Shown: positions 26,216-36,632 of the stretch, in pieces
Layout of the letters: every line of letters starts with the position of its first letter
How positions within the stretch are numbered: the stretch's first letter is position 1
NCBI GenBank assembly: GCA_965246795.1
Contig: CBDFFN010000012.1
Location: 30,742 to 94,741 of the forward strand
Direction of reading: 5' to 3'
Source: Beijerinckiaceae bacterium
Lineage (GTDB): Bacteria > Pseudomonadota > Alphaproteobacteria > Rhizobiales > Beijerinckiaceae
Length of the DNA stretch: 64,000 bases
Notes under the pieces: model-generated
What the model was told of the DNA's origin: nothing
Database searches by the model: none
The model's input: only the letters and a program-made list of their open reading frames with translations
Translations under genes and position numbers: made by a program

Positions 26216-27529
26216 ATGCGAGTTGAGCCAGGAAATTCCTTCCGGTCCTGCAGGCGCTTCGCCTTGCTTGCCGCAACTGCAATGGCCTTGACGGGCTGCG
26301 CGGACTCTTCTCGTTTCGCCGATCCGCTCGGAAATCCATTCGGCAGCACTGCGAGCAACGGTGGCGGCGGTAGCGGTGTCGATCGCACGCCGACCGGCTC
26401 CGTGCCCGAGCCTCGCCGCATGGCTTCCAACGAGCCGATCGTGGGCCGCCCGCTCGATCCGCCGGGGCAGGGCGCTTCGCGGAACTATTCGTCCGCCCCT
26501 GCGCCGGCGCTTTCCGCGGCATCGTCGCGCGGGCCCGCCGCATCCGCATCGAACTGGACCGCCACCGGCGGTACGCCCGTCGTGATGGCGCAAGGCGAGA
26601 CGCCTGCGGTTCTTGCCGACCGCTACGGCGTGCCGGTCGACGCGCTCGTGCGCAGCAACGGCTATTCGTCGGCGTCCGAGATGAAGCCTGGCGCTCGTAT
26701 CGTTGTGCCGGTTTATTCCGTCGGCGCGGGCAGGAGCGCACCGCCTGCGCGGGAAGCTGCTGCGCCTGTCGCCGCAAAGCCGACACCTCTTGCCGCCGGC
26801 AAGCCCGTTCCTGTCGCAGCGAAGCCCGCACCGCGTGAGACGCTGAAAATGGTCAAGGGTCCAGAGCCTGTTCGCAAGCTCGATCCGAAGGTCGAGAAGG
26901 CTGCGAGCGCAAAAGCAAAACTGCTGGAGCGCACCAAGACGTCGCGTGCGAAAATCGAGGACGAAGACGAAAAGCCTGCGATTAAGAGCAAATCTATCGC
27001 TCCGCCGCCTGTGAAACAGGCCGTCGTTCGCGAAGAGCCATTGAAGGTCGAAAAGCCTGCGCCCGCACCGAAGGTCGCAAAGCTCGAAGAAAAGAAGATC
27101 GACTCCGCGCCGACTGCGAGCCTGCCGCCGGCAGACGCGAAGAAGGACGCGGCCGACAACGCTCCGGAATTCCGCTGGCCAGCGCGTGGCCGCGTCATCC
27201 AGGGCTTCAAGGCCGGCGGCAACGATGGCATCAACATCGCAGTGCCGGAAGGCACGGCGGTCAAGGCTGCGGAAGATGGCGTCGTCGCCTATGCCGGCAG
27301 CGAATTGAAAGGCTACGGCAATCTCGTGCTTGTGCGCCATCCCAATGGCTTCGTATCGGCTTACGCCAACAACGGCAGCCTCGATGTGAAGCGCGGAGAC
27401 GCGGTGAAACGCGGACAGACGATCGCGAAATCCGGCCAGAGCGGCAACGTGTCTTCGCCGCAGTTGCACTTCGAACTGCGCAAGGGTGCGCAGCCGGTCG
27501 ACCCGTCGAATTACCTCGCCAATATGTAG
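26216..27529 (+). CDS. LysM-domain / M23-peptidase lipoprotein, NlpD-like
   Basis: Lipobox LTGC; LysM segment (AVLADRYGVPVDALVRSNG); Lys/Ala/Pro-rich linker; M23 motifs (HPNGFVSAYANN ... GQSGNVSSPQLHFELR). Confidence 0.8.
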   Translation: MRVEPGNSFRSCRRFALLAATAMALTGCADSSRFADPLGNPFGSTASNGGGGSGVDRTPTGSVPEPRRMASNEPIVGRPLDPPGQGASRNYSSAPAPALSAASSRGPAASASNWTATGGTPVVMAQGETPAVLADRYGVPVDALVRSNGYSSASEMKPGARIVVPVYSVGAGRSAPPAREAAAPVAAKPTPLAAGKPVPVAAKPAPRETLKMVKGPEPVRKLDPKVEKAASAKAKLLERTKTSRAKIEDEDEKPAIKSKSIAPPPVKQAVVREEPLKVEKPAPAPKVAKLEEKKIDSAPTASLPPADAKKDAADNAPEFRWPARGRVIQGFKAGGNDGINIAVPEGTAVKAAEDGVVAYAGSELKGYGNLVLVRHPNGFVSAYANNGSLDVKRGDAVKRGQTIAKSGQSGNVSSPQLHFELRKGAQPVDPSNYLANM

Positions 27530-27578
27530 GCGAAACAAATTCTCTCCGGTCCGCGAGACACGAACCGGAAGATCAAGA

Positions 27579-27613
27579 GGCGGCGGGTCCAAGGAAAGGC
27601 CCGCCGCCTTCTT
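27579..27613 (+). terminator. Intrinsic terminator after the nlpD-like gene
   Basis: GGCGGCGGG ... CCCGCCGCC stem followed by TTCTT. Confidence 0.5.
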
Positions 27614-27796
27614 ACTTTGACGGGAAGCCTCGTTTGCACTACATGACGTGTGCCGCGTCGCGGCATGAGCGTTCCAGTCGCGTGAGCCGATCTCTCGGCC
27701 AACTGTCGAGCGCATCACATCCCGACACCGACGATCCGACACGCGGGTTCGTCCGTCGAACGGCTTGCGTTTCAAGCCGCTGGTAGAAAGCATTTC

Positions 27797-29179
27797 TTGA
27801 CCGATTTCATGACTCTCGGCCTCGCCGAGCCGTTGGCGCGTGCTGTTCGCGACGCCGGATATTCCACGCCCACGCCGATCCAGGCGCAGGCGATCCCCTC
27901 GCTTCTTCAGGGTCGCGATCTCCTCGGCATTGCGCAGACAGGTACCGGCAAGACGGCGGCCTTTGCTCTGCCGATCCTCGATCGTCTGATCCGTGACGGC
28001 CGACGCGCCGAGCCGCGTCACGTCCGCGCGCTGATCCTTGCACCGACGCGCGAACTTGCAGCGCAGATCGCGGAAAGCTTCAAAGTGTACGGCCGCCACG
28101 CGCGTATCAGCGTCGGCTGCATCGTCGGTGGTGTGAGCCCCGGCCCGCAGGTCGCGATGCTCGCGCGCGGCGTCGATGTGCTTGTCGCGACACCGGGGCG
28201 GCTGCTCGATCATCTTGGCGCAGGCAAATTTTCTCTCTCGGCGACAAAAATCGTCGTGCTGGACGAGGCCGATCACATGCTCGACCTCGGCTTCGTCGTG
28301 CCGATCCGGCGCATCATCGCGAAACTGCCTCGCGAGCGGCAGAATCTCTTCTTCTCCGCGACGATGCCGCGCGAAATCGCTGCGCTCGCCGGCGAGTTCC
28401 TGCACGATCCCGTGCAGGTCAGTGTCACGCCGGCGGCGACGACGGTCGAGCGCATTACGCAGCGCGCATTGTTCATCGAGGCGGGCGCTAAAGCCGACCT
28501 GCTCGTCGAACTTCTAGGCGATGCCGCGTTCCGCCGCACGATCGTCTTCACACGCACGAAACGTGGCGCCGACAAGGTGACGCGTCGGCTTGAAACCGCA
28601 GCGATCCCCTCGCTCGCGATCCACGGCAACAAGAGCCAGGGGCAGCGCCAGCGCGCGCTTGATGCTTTCAAGGGCGGCAACATCCGTGTCCTCGTCGCGA
28701 CCGACATCGCAGCGCGCGGCATTGACATCGATGCCGTCACCCACGTGATCAATTACGAATTGCCGGAGGTGCCGGAGGCTTACGTGCATCGCATCGGTCG
28801 CACGGCTCGTGCAGGCGCGGAGGGTGCAGCGGTGTCGCTGGTCGATGCGTCCGAAGCGCATCTTCTGCGCGCAATCGAGAAGGCAACGCGCCAGCGGGTG
28901 CCTGCAACTGACCGGCGCGGCACCGTTACGATCACGAAAGATACGTCGCCGCGCGTGCCGGAACATCGCGATCCGCGTGCGCAGGGCAAGCCGCGCAACG
29001 GCGCAGGCCGGCCGGCCGCACCCGCCAATCGACGTGCCGAACGGCCGCGCAACAATGGCGTGGAGCGAACGCAGAATGCCGGCCCCGGCAAGGTCGTATG
29101 GTCGAATTTCGGCGGCACCGACAAGAAGCCGGCCCGCAGTCGAAATCGCAACGGCGGCGCGAACCAAGCGTCGCGCTAA
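27797..29179 (+). CDS. DEAD-box ATP-dependent RNA helicase, RhlE-like
   Basis: Q-motif; AQTGTGKT; DEAD (VLDEADHMLD); SAT; HRIGRTARAG; Arg/Gly-rich C-tail; start either TTG at 27797 or ATG at 27809. Confidence 0.85.
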   Translation: MTDFMTLGLAEPLARAVRDAGYSTPTPIQAQAIPSLLQGRDLLGIAQTGTGKTAAFALPILDRLIRDGRRAEPRHVRALILAPTRELAAQIAESFKVYGRHARISVGCIVGGVSPGPQVAMLARGVDVLVATPGRLLDHLGAGKFSLSATKIVVLDEADHMLDLGFVVPIRRIIAKLPRERQNLFFSATMPREIAALAGEFLHDPVQVSVTPAATTVERITQRALFIEAGAKADLLVELLGDAAFRRTIVFTRTKRGADKVTRRLETAAIPSLAIHGNKSQGQRQRALDAFKGGNIRVLVATDIAARGIDIDAVTHVINYELPEVPEAYVHRIGRTARAGAEGAAVSLVDASEAHLLRAIEKATRQRVPATDRRGTVTITKDTSPRVPEHRDPRAQGKPRNGAGRPAAPANRRAERPRNNGVERTQNAGPGKVVWSNFGGTDKKPARSRNRNGGANQASR

Positions 29180-29262
29180 GCCGCCCGTCGCAAGCAATAA
29201 TGCATGACAGACGCGCCCCGCGCGCGTTTGTCGTCTCGCGACTATCCCGCTAGGCGACGCGG

Positions 29263-30159
29263 ATGACGCCCGCCGTAAAGCCGCTCGACCGTGTCGCCGT
29301 CGGCCTCATGCTTTTGCTGTGCGTGAGCTGGGGCTTCACGCAGATCGCCGCAAAGATTTCGCTTCCGGAAATTCCGGCGCTCACGCAGGCCGCACTGCGC
29401 TCGGCCGTCGGCACTGTGCTGTTCGGCGCGTTCGCGATCTGGCGGAACCCGAAATTCTTCACCGCGGATGGGTCCCTGCGCGGCGGCATTCTGTGCGGCG
29501 TACTCTTCGGGCTGGAATTCGTGGCCCTGTTCGTAGGTTTGCAGTTCACGACCGCCGGTCGCGCCATCTTGTTTCTTTATTCTGCACCGTTGTTCGTCGC
29601 GCTCGGGCTGCGCTTTGTCGTGCCGGACGAGCGACTATCGCGACTACAATGGGCGGGACTTTTCCTGTCGTTCGTTGGTCTTGCGCTGGCGCTCGGCGTC
29701 GGCAGCATCTCGCGCACACAATTGCCGGGAGATGCTTTGTCGCTGCTGGCCGGCGCACTTTGGGCCGGAACGACACTCGCGGTGAAAGGCACCAATCTCC
29801 GCAAAGCGATCCCGGAGAAGGTGCTGCTCTACCAACTTTCGATCTCGATCGTCGTATTGGGGGCAGGGGCGCTCGCCGCGGGCGAAGCTTTCCCGACGCG
29901 CATTTCGCCGCTGGTGGCGTTTGCCTTCGCCTATCAGACGCTTTGGGTCGTCTGCATCACCTTCTTCCTCTGGTTCTGGCTGATGGCGCGCTATCGCGCG
30001 GGCGAACTATCGGCCTTCACCTTTCTCACGCCGGTCTTTGGCGTCTTCGCAAGCGCTGCGCTGCTTGGTGACCCGCTAACGCCGGGGTTCATTGCAGCGG
30101 TGGCGCTGGTTGCGGCCGGCATCGGGCTTGTGAATTGGCCCGTGCGAGTGCCGGTGTGA
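29263..30159 (+). CDS. DMT-superfamily transporter, EamA family
   Basis: Ten transmembrane helices; duplicated EamA-like halves. Confidence 0.75.
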   Translation: MTPAVKPLDRVAVGLMLLLCVSWGFTQIAAKISLPEIPALTQAALRSAVGTVLFGAFAIWRNPKFFTADGSLRGGILCGVLFGLEFVALFVGLQFTTAGRAILFLYSAPLFVALGLRFVVPDERLSRLQWAGLFLSFVGLALALGVGSISRTQLPGDALSLLAGALWAGTTLAVKGTNLRKAIPEKVLLYQLSISIVVLGAGALAAGEAFPTRISPLVAFAFAYQTLWVVCITFFLWFWLMARYRAGELSAFTFLTPVFGVFASAALLGDPLTPGFIAAVALVAAGIGLVNWPVRVPV

Positions 30160-30232
30160 AACGATGTCGCCTTGGCTGTCGGCGTAACGCGCTGCCTGCA
30201 TTACGATAGACCGCCAACAGAAAAGGGCACCG

Positions 30233-30730
30233 ATGCCGAGCCGCCGCTTCGTCGTCACGTTGGCAGTCTTCGCGCCGCTTGCTGCAATCGCTCCGGCGAT
30301 CGCGCAAGGGACCGATCCGGCCGACCCGGTACGAAAACTTTACGCAAACTTCGGTGTCGGTGGGGCTGCTGGCAAAAGCGGGTTTAGCGAAAAAGTCGCC
30401 ACGCAGCTGCTGACGAAAAGTTTGCTTGCGCTCTACCGCAAGGCGGTGAAGGCCGAACTCGACTACGATTTCTTCGTCCAGGGCAACGACTTCAATCTTG
30501 CGAAGCCGATCGAGATCGGCGCCGTCGTACGCGTGGACGACACGGCGACGGTCGCCGCGATCCTGACCCAGAACGTTTCCGATACTGGCAGCAAGACACG
30601 TCAGAAAACCTATCTCTTCGGGTTCAAGCTCGTGCAACAGGACGGCCGCTGGCGCATCGACGATGCGACTTACAAGCAGACGTCTTTGCGGCGCGAATGG
30701 CAGGCTACGATTGCCGCAAGCAAACCATAG
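30233..30730 (+). CDS. Secreted hypothetical protein
   Basis: Signal peptide (AVFAPLAAIAPAIAQG); no catalytic motif. Confidence 0.5.
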   Translation: MPSRRFVVTLAVFAPLAAIAPAIAQGTDPADPVRKLYANFGVGGAAGKSGFSEKVATQLLTKSLLALYRKAVKAELDYDFFVQGNDFNLAKPIEIGAVVRVDDTATVAAILTQNVSDTGSKTRQKTYLFGFKLVQQDGRWRIDDATYKQTSLRREWQATIAASKP

Positions 30731-31062
30731 TGGCCACCGGGACGGACCTGAGACGTCTCGCACTGGCGCTCGAAGGCGTCGGCGAGAAGCCGCACTTCGA
30801 CCGTACGGCGTTCTTTGTCGCGCGCACCTTCGTCACGCTCGCCGTTGACGGTCTGACCGCCAACTTCAAGTTCGCGTCGGACGAACAAGAGCTGAAATGC
30901 ACTGTAGCGCCCGACGCCTTTGCATTAGTGCCCGGCGGTTGGGGCCGTATGGGCTGGACGGCTGCCACGCTTGCCGCGCTCAGCGAGGCGGAACTCGCTG
31001 TCGCATTGCGGATGGCATGGCAACATGCGTTGCCGAAACCGAAAAAGCGTCGGCGCACCTGA
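30731..31062 (+). CDS. MmcQ/YjbR-family protein
   Basis: GTDLRRLALALEGVGEKPHFDRTAFFVARTFVTL resembles the MmcQ/YjbR family; GTG start immediately after the upstream stop. Confidence 0.55.
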
Positions 31063-31090
31063 TGCGCGTCGACGCTTTGATGCACATTGA

Positions 31091-32911
31091 CTAGCGCTTT
31101 GTATCGGATGCGGCCGTGCCACTGGGATTAAGGACGTCCGACAATACCGCCGCCGCACCTTCAAGTCCGCCGCTGCCCCCGGACACGTAAACCCGAGGCA
31201 GTTGCAGGTTACGCACAATCTCCGGATGCGCGGTCAATGCATCGAGGATAAGTTTGAACGTCTGCAACCGCATCACGCTCTCCCGGCCGAGCACGTCGGT
31301 CTGAGCGCGCTGACCGGCCGCCTGTTCCTCAAGGAACAGGCGCTCGCCACGACCCTCCGCCGCCCGCTTGTCCTGCAAAAGCTGCGCGCTCTTCACGCCG
31401 ATCTGCGCTGCTACTAGATCCTTCTGCTGGTCGGCGGTGGCACGCGCCTGCTCGGTCGCCTGGCGCTGCGTCTGTGCTTCGCGCTCCTGCTCGAATGCTG
31501 CCTTCAACTGCGTCGCCAGTTGCTGACGCTGCCGTGCCAGCAGTAGTTCCGGCGGGATCGCAGTCTCGCCAAGCCGGATTTCCTTCACGTCGACGCCCGC
31601 GCGACGGCCGTCCTCCTTGGCGAGTGCAAGGATTGCGGCTTCGAGAGCAGGGCGCTGCTCAACCGTGTCCGCAACGGTCGTCGGCCGCGTGAACGTGCGC
31701 GTGGTGCCGTCCGCCTGCGATGTCGCAACGGTGATCTGCCCGCCGAAGACGTTGCGCACATGTGAGCGGATCGCGGGGATGATGATGCGCTCCTCGACTT
31801 CCGCCTGCCCACCGACAGACGCGACGACGATCGGCGCGCGTTCCGGCGCAATCTGCACCACCGCGCGCAATTCCGTCGGCACCTGCCATCCCTCGACGAT
31901 CGTGTTGATGGCGCGGTCATCACCGATGTCGCGCTGATCGACCGAACTCTCCTGCTGCACGAAGTCGCCTTTGGAATCGACGGCGAGCTTGATGAAGCGC
32001 TTCTGGAAACCACCCTTAAAGTTCAAGGTCGTTACGCGCGTAGAGACAAGGGTCACGCTGTAGGCGTCGCGATTGAGATAATAATCGTTCGGCGGCAGCG
32101 ACGTCGCCCAGACACCCTTGCAGCCGGCCGCCACGAGCTCGGCGACGAGCCCATCCACGTCGACTTTCGCGGTTATTGGCGTGCAGTCCTTGCCGGGCTC
32201 CTGCACAGCCGAGCGCACGACGCCGACGGAGCCCGCGGGAACGCGCGTGATCTCGGTCGTGAGAGGCGAGTCGATCCGGCTCAGTCCATCGATATTATAA
32301 ACGTCGTCCTGCCGGGTGGTGACGTCGCGCCCGTTCGGCTCATAACCGATGCGGACTTCGAACAATGCGAGATTGAGCGCATAGGTGCCCGGCTTGAGAA
32401 CGCTAAGTTGCAGGCCTTTCTGCCCACCGTGCCGCAGGAAATATTCGGCCTCGATGAAGCTCTGAAAATCCTTCTCCGGCCAAGCGTCGGCCATGACTTG
32501 ATCGTAGCGAAGATTTGCCCCGTCACGTGCAACGATACGTCCGTAAAAGCCCTGCGGCACCGTCACCAGCGGCACCGTCGTCACCGCGTTGAAGACGTTG
32601 AACAGAAGCGAAACGCGCCAGGCGCCCGGCGGCACGATGCCGGCCTGATAACCGGTCTCGCCGTCGGTCGCGATGATCCGGTTTTCGGCAAGGTTCTTCG
32701 TTCCGTACAGCTTGTGCACGATGCCGACCTTGTCCGCCGGCACCCTGACGATGCTGGTGGCGAGAACGAACAGGACTGCAAGCAACGACAGGATTGTGCG
32801 GCCTGCGACTGTCAGAGATTGACGCACGGCCGGATCGAAGCGACCCGGCAGCAGGCGCGGCAATACCACGGCGAGCGCGATCGCGATCGCCGCGTAAACA
32901 ACGTAACTCAT
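31091..32911 (-). CDS. SPFH/band-7 (flotillin-like) membrane protein with a long C-terminal coiled coil
   Basis: N-terminal transmembrane helices; SPFH-like core; Gln/Ala/Glu-rich coiled-coil tail. Confidence 0.75.
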   Translation of the reverse strand: MSYVVYAAIAIALAVVLPRLLPGRFDPAVRQSLTVAGRTILSLLAVLFVLATSIVRVPADKVGIVHKLYGTKNLAENRIIATDGETGYQAGIVPPGAWRVSLLFNVFNAVTTVPLVTVPQGFYGRIVARDGANLRYDQVMADAWPEKDFQSFIEAEYFLRHGGQKGLQLSVLKPGTYALNLALFEVRIGYEPNGRDVTTRQDDVYNIDGLSRIDSPLTTEITRVPAGSVGVVRSAVQEPGKDCTPITAKVDVDGLVAELVAAGCKGVWATSLPPNDYYLNRDAYSVTLVSTRVTTLNFKGGFQKRFIKLAVDSKGDFVQQESSVDQRDIGDDRAINTIVEGWQVPTELRAVVQIAPERAPIVVASVGGQAEVEERIIIPAIRSHVRNVFGGQITVATSQADGTTRTFTRPTTVADTVEQRPALEAAILALAKEDGRRAGVDVKEIRLGETAIPPELLLARQRQQLATQLKAAFEQEREAQTQRQATEQARATADQQKDLVAAQIGVKSAQLLQDKRAAEGRGERLFLEEQAAGQRAQTDVLGRESVMRLQTFKLILDALTAHPEIVRNLQLPRVYVSGGSGGLEGAAAVLSDVLNPSGTAASDTKR

Positions 32912-33077
32912 GGAAAGTCTCCGATCGCCGCGTGGCGGTCAGAGACGCGCGCAGCGTAGGCGGCCTTGTGCGCTCGAATTGTTGCTGGCGTTTGCTTCCG
33001 CGGCACGTTGCGCGCCGTTACCGGCGTCACTGCTTCTTAAGCACGAACTTTTGATCGTCCGCACCCAAGGTCGGCGC

Positions 33078-34667
33078 TCAGCGCGTCGCGCCAACGTTCT
33101 TCGTCACGTTCCAGAACACCGGCACGGAGGCGCGGATGACACCCTCGATACCCTTCCGCACCGCCATCGGTTGCAGATATTCGCCGAGCGGCACATGCGT
33201 CGAGATTGCGATCGCGCGCTCCTGCGCTTCGGCCGCGACCGCCTTCTGATCCTGCAAGCTCGTCGCGCGCAGAAACTTGTCGCGCAGACCTTCGAGTGTC
33301 GGATCACAGGGCCAGCCCGGCGCGGCCTTCGCACAGGATGCGTTCATGAACGACTGCATCACAGGATCGAGCAAGTCGGCACCAACCCAAGACGTATGGA
33401 CGAGCGCCCAACCATCCTTTTTCGCGCGGCGCGAGATCACCGTCTGCCAATCCATCGATTGCATGTCGACGGTAAAACCTGCCCGCTCGAGCGCCTGTTT
33501 CGCAACCGGTCCGAGATTCACGAAACGCGACACGTCGGTGGCCGACAACAAGATCACCGGCGTGCCGTCGTAGCCGGCCTCTTTCAGAAGCACGCGCGCC
33601 TTCTCGTAGTTCGACGTGAGCTTGTCTTCCATCCCGGCGGTAGTGCCCATCGCGCTGTCGCAGGGATAGTCGCTCTTGCAGGTGCGGTAGTAGGCGGGGT
33701 CGCCGACCGACGCGCGAAGATAATCGTCCTGGTTCAGCGCATACCAGACGGCAGCGCGCACCTTCGGATTGTCCATCGGCGGTACGAGCCAATTGAAGCG
33801 TAGTGTGTATTGCGCGCTGTTCGGCATATCGATCAGAGCAAGCGAACTGTCCTTTTTAGTGAGCGGTAGCAGATCGTGTGGCGGTTGTTCGACGATGTCG
33901 ACCTCGCCGTTCTGAAGCGCATTCAGCGCCTGCTGCTGATCGTTGATCGCCACCCATTCGATGCGGTCGACCTTCGCAACCTTGCCGCCGGCGAGGCCGG
34001 AGGCAGGCTCGGCGCGCGGCTTATAATCGGCAAACTTCGTGTAAACGAGCTTGTCGCCGGCGCGCCATTCGTCCTTCTTGAACGCGAACGGTCCCGAGCC
34101 TGTGAAATCCGAGATCTGCGTGTTCGGGTCCGTCGCGGCGACGCGTTCCGGCATCATGAACGGCACGTTCGACGACGGTTTTCCCAGCGCGTAGATCAGC
34201 AGACCCGTCGGCTCCTTCAATTCGAAGACGATCGTCTTCGCGTCGGGTGCCAAAAGCGCTTTCGTCAGTCCAAGAATCTTCTGGCCGATGGCATCTTTTG
34301 CCGCCCAGCGGCGGATGGAGGCGATGCAATCCGCTGCCGTCACCGGCGCACCATCGTGCCACTTCAAGCCGTCACGCAACGTGATCGTGGTGGTCAGCCC
34401 GTCCGGCGTGGTCGTGTAACCCTGCGCCATCTGCGGCTGCGTCTTGCCGTCCGCATCGGTCGCGAACAGCGTGTCGTAGATCATGTAGCCGTGGTTGCGG
34501 GTGATGTAGACGGTCGTCCAGATCGGATCGAGAATCTTGACGTCCGAATGCATGACGATGCGCAACGTCGTATCGGCTGCCTGTGCCGGGCCGGGGGCTG
34601 CCGCGATTGCGGCCAGCAGCGGCGCGAGAAGCAGGCACAGCGCGCGCACCAGACGAGAGCGGTCCAT
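33078..34667 (-). CDS. ABC transporter substrate-binding protein, family 5 (peptide/nickel/opine type)
   Basis: Signal peptide; about 530 aa with DppA/OppA-like architecture (KWHDGAPVTAAD ...); no adjacent permease genes. Confidence 0.75.
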   Translation of the reverse strand: MDRSRLVRALCLLLAPLLAAIAAAPGPAQAADTTLRIVMHSDVKILDPIWTTVYITRNHGYMIYDTLFATDADGKTQPQMAQGYTTTPDGLTTTITLRDGLKWHDGAPVTAADCIASIRRWAAKDAIGQKILGLTKALLAPDAKTIVFELKEPTGLLIYALGKPSSNVPFMMPERVAATDPNTQISDFTGSGPFAFKKDEWRAGDKLVYTKFADYKPRAEPASGLAGGKVAKVDRIEWVAINDQQQALNALQNGEVDIVEQPPHDLLPLTKKDSSLALIDMPNSAQYTLRFNWLVPPMDNPKVRAAVWYALNQDDYLRASVGDPAYYRTCKSDYPCDSAMGTTAGMEDKLTSNYEKARVLLKEAGYDGTPVILLSATDVSRFVNLGPVAKQALERAGFTVDMQSMDWQTVISRRAKKDGWALVHTSWVGADLLDPVMQSFMNASCAKAAPGWPCDPTLEGLRDKFLRATSLQDQKAVAAEAQERAIAISTHVPLGEYLQPMAVRKGIEGVIRASVPVFWNVTKNVGATR

Positions 34668-34769
34668 CAAAGGTCCTTTCAGAGACCGGCAGGCGAGGAG
34701 CTTCGCCACCGTCGGGAATAAATCTCAAACATCCCGAGTCTGACCTTCGCACACCGTTTGGAGGCGCGC

Positions 34770-35717
34770 ATGGGACAGGACAAGGAAGACCGCGGCGTCG
34801 ATCGCCGTTTCGCTTTGGAATGCATGGTTTGGGCCGGAACCGGCGTCCTCTGGACGGTCGCGGGGGGCGTGCCGTCATCGCGCCTCATCGGAAGCGCACA
34901 GGCGCAAGGCGCAACGGCGACCGGCACGAGCTTCGTTCAGATTTCGGACAGCCACATCGGGTTCAGCAAGCCGGCCAACCCGGACGCCTCGGCAACGCTG
35001 CGCGATGCTATCGATCGTGTGAAGGCGGTACCGTCGAAGCCCGCGTTCATGATCCACACCGGCGACATCAGCCATCTTTCGAAGCCGGAGGAATTCGATG
35101 CGGCGGACCAGATCATCGGAGCATCGCGTCTCGACGTGCACTACGTGCCCGGCGAGCATGACATCATCGACGAGGATCGCGGCAAACTTTATCTTGAGCG
35201 CTACGGCCGACGCGCGGGCGCAAAAGGCGCGGGTTGGTATTCGTTCGATGCAGGCGGCATCCACTTCATCGGCCTCGTCAACGTCCTCGATCTCAAGGCC
35301 GGCGGCATGGGCAGCCTAGGCGGCGAACAGCTGGCTTGGCTCGCAGACGACATCAAGGACCGCACGAGTTCGACGCCGATCGTCGTTTTCGCGCATATTC
35401 CTCTCTGGGTCGTCGCACCCGAATGGGGGTGGGGCACCGAGGACGGTGCGCAGGCGCTGAAGCTTCTCTCGCGCTTCGGCTCGGTGACGGTGCTCAACGG
35501 CCACATCCACCAGACGATGCAGAAGGTCGAAGGCAATGTCGCCTTCTACACCGCGCGCTCGACGGCCTTTCCGCAACCCGCGCCCGGCACGGCGTCTTCA
35601 CCCGGACCGATGGTCGTTCCGGCCGGAGAGTTGCGAAAGGTTCTGGGCGTGCGCAGCGTGCTCTACAGCCCCGGCACGACATCGCTTGCCTTCACCGACA
35701 CGACACTTGCGTCGTGA
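34770..35717 (+). CDS. Tat-exported metallophosphoesterase, calcineurin-like
   Basis: GGAGG RBS; twin-arginine motif DRRFALE; phosphoesterase motifs (SDSHIG, GDISH, GEHD, NGHIH). Confidence 0.7.
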   Translation: MGQDKEDRGVDRRFALECMVWAGTGVLWTVAGGVPSSRLIGSAQAQGATATGTSFVQISDSHIGFSKPANPDASATLRDAIDRVKAVPSKPAFMIHTGDISHLSKPEEFDAADQIIGASRLDVHYVPGEHDIIDEDRGKLYLERYGRRAGAKGAGWYSFDAGGIHFIGLVNVLDLKAGGMGSLGGEQLAWLADDIKDRTSSTPIVVFAHIPLWVVAPEWGWGTEDGAQALKLLSRFGSVTVLNGHIHQTMQKVEGNVAFYTARSTAFPQPAPGTASSPGPMVVPAGELRKVLGVRSVLYSPGTTSLAFTDTTLAS

Positions 35718-35731
35718 GGGGGGAGCGGCAG

Positions 35732-36046
35732 ATGTTTCGTCTCGTTCTTGCCGCCCTCGCGGGCACGATTGTCGCGGTGGTCGCAGCTTCCGCGAAAGCG
35801 GCCGATGTGACGATCGACAATTTCGCCTTCACGCCGGCCGAGATCACGGTCAAGGCAGGCGAGACGATCACCTTCGTCAATCACGACGACATTCCGCATT
35901 CGGTGGTCGCAAAGGCCGGGAGCTTCCGCTCGAAAGCCCTCGACACGGACGACAAATTCACATTCACGTTCCAGACGGCGGGTGACTTTCCGTATTACTG
36001 CGGTCTTCATCCGCATATGACGGGGAAGGTCACCGTCGTCCCCTGA
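35732..36046 (+). CDS. Cupredoxin (type-1 blue copper) protein, amicyanin/pseudoazurin-like
   Basis: Signal peptide; Cu ligands His (IPHSVV), Cys-x2-His-x2-Met (YYCGLHPHM). Confidence 0.7.
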   Translation: MFRLVLAALAGTIVAVVAASAKAADVTIDNFAFTPAEITVKAGETITFVNHDDIPHSVVAKAGSFRSKALDTDDKFTFTFQTAGDFPYYCGLHPHMTGKVTVVP

Positions 36047-36113
36047 CGTGCGACCGCTGGCCGAAAATGCGGTCGCTGGACAGGCTTGCAGGCCGGCGAC
36101 CGGACGGAGCACG

Positions 36114-36632
36114 ATGAAGAGCGACCGCGAGCGCCGCCTGTTCGCAGAGCTCGTCGTCCCGCATCTCGACGATGCCTACGGTCTCGCGCGATGGCTGAGC
36201 GGAAACAACGCCGACGCCGAAGACATTGTACAAGATGCCTGCATTCGCGCGCTCGCGTCGATCGAAACCGCGGTCATCCGAAGCGCAAAGGCGTGGCTGT
36301 TGACGATCGTGCGCAATGTCGCCTTCACACGCCTCGCCGCACACAAGAAGGCCGGGCTCGTCTTCGTCGGAGATGCGCTTTCTGACCTCGCCGGTGCCGG
36401 TAACGACGCGACGCCCGAAGAAGCCGTCATCGCCCGCGCCGACCATGCCGCGCTCGAGCGTGCGATCGCGCGGCTGCCACTGCAATTTCGCGAGGCCATC
36501 GTGATGCGCGACTTTCACGACCTGTCCTATCGCGAGATCGCCGATGCGACAGGCGTTCCCATCGGCACGGTGATGTCGCGGCTTGCGCGTGCGCGCGGCC
36601 TGCTGCTTGCCGGGCTCCAGGAGATTCGATGA
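36114..36632 (+). CDS. RNA polymerase ECF-type sigma-70 factor
   Basis: Region 2 (DAYGLARWL.. DAEDIVQDACIRA) and region 4 HTH (LSYREIADATGVPIGTVMSRLARAR). Confidence 0.8.
   Translation: MKSDRERRLFAELVVPHLDDAYGLARWLSGNNADAEDIVQDACIRALASIETAVIRSAKAWLLTIVRNVAFTRLAAHKKAGLVFVGDALSDLAGAGNDATPEEAVIARADHAALERAIARLPLQFREAIVMRDFHDLSYREIADATGVPIGTVMSRLARARGLLLAGLQEIR

Noticed and set aside
26180-28405. 741-aa minus-strand ORF spanning the nlpD-like and helicase genes
   Set aside because: Antisense to two well-supported genes; Arg/Ala-rich low-complexity translation typical of spurious ORFs in high-GC DNA.
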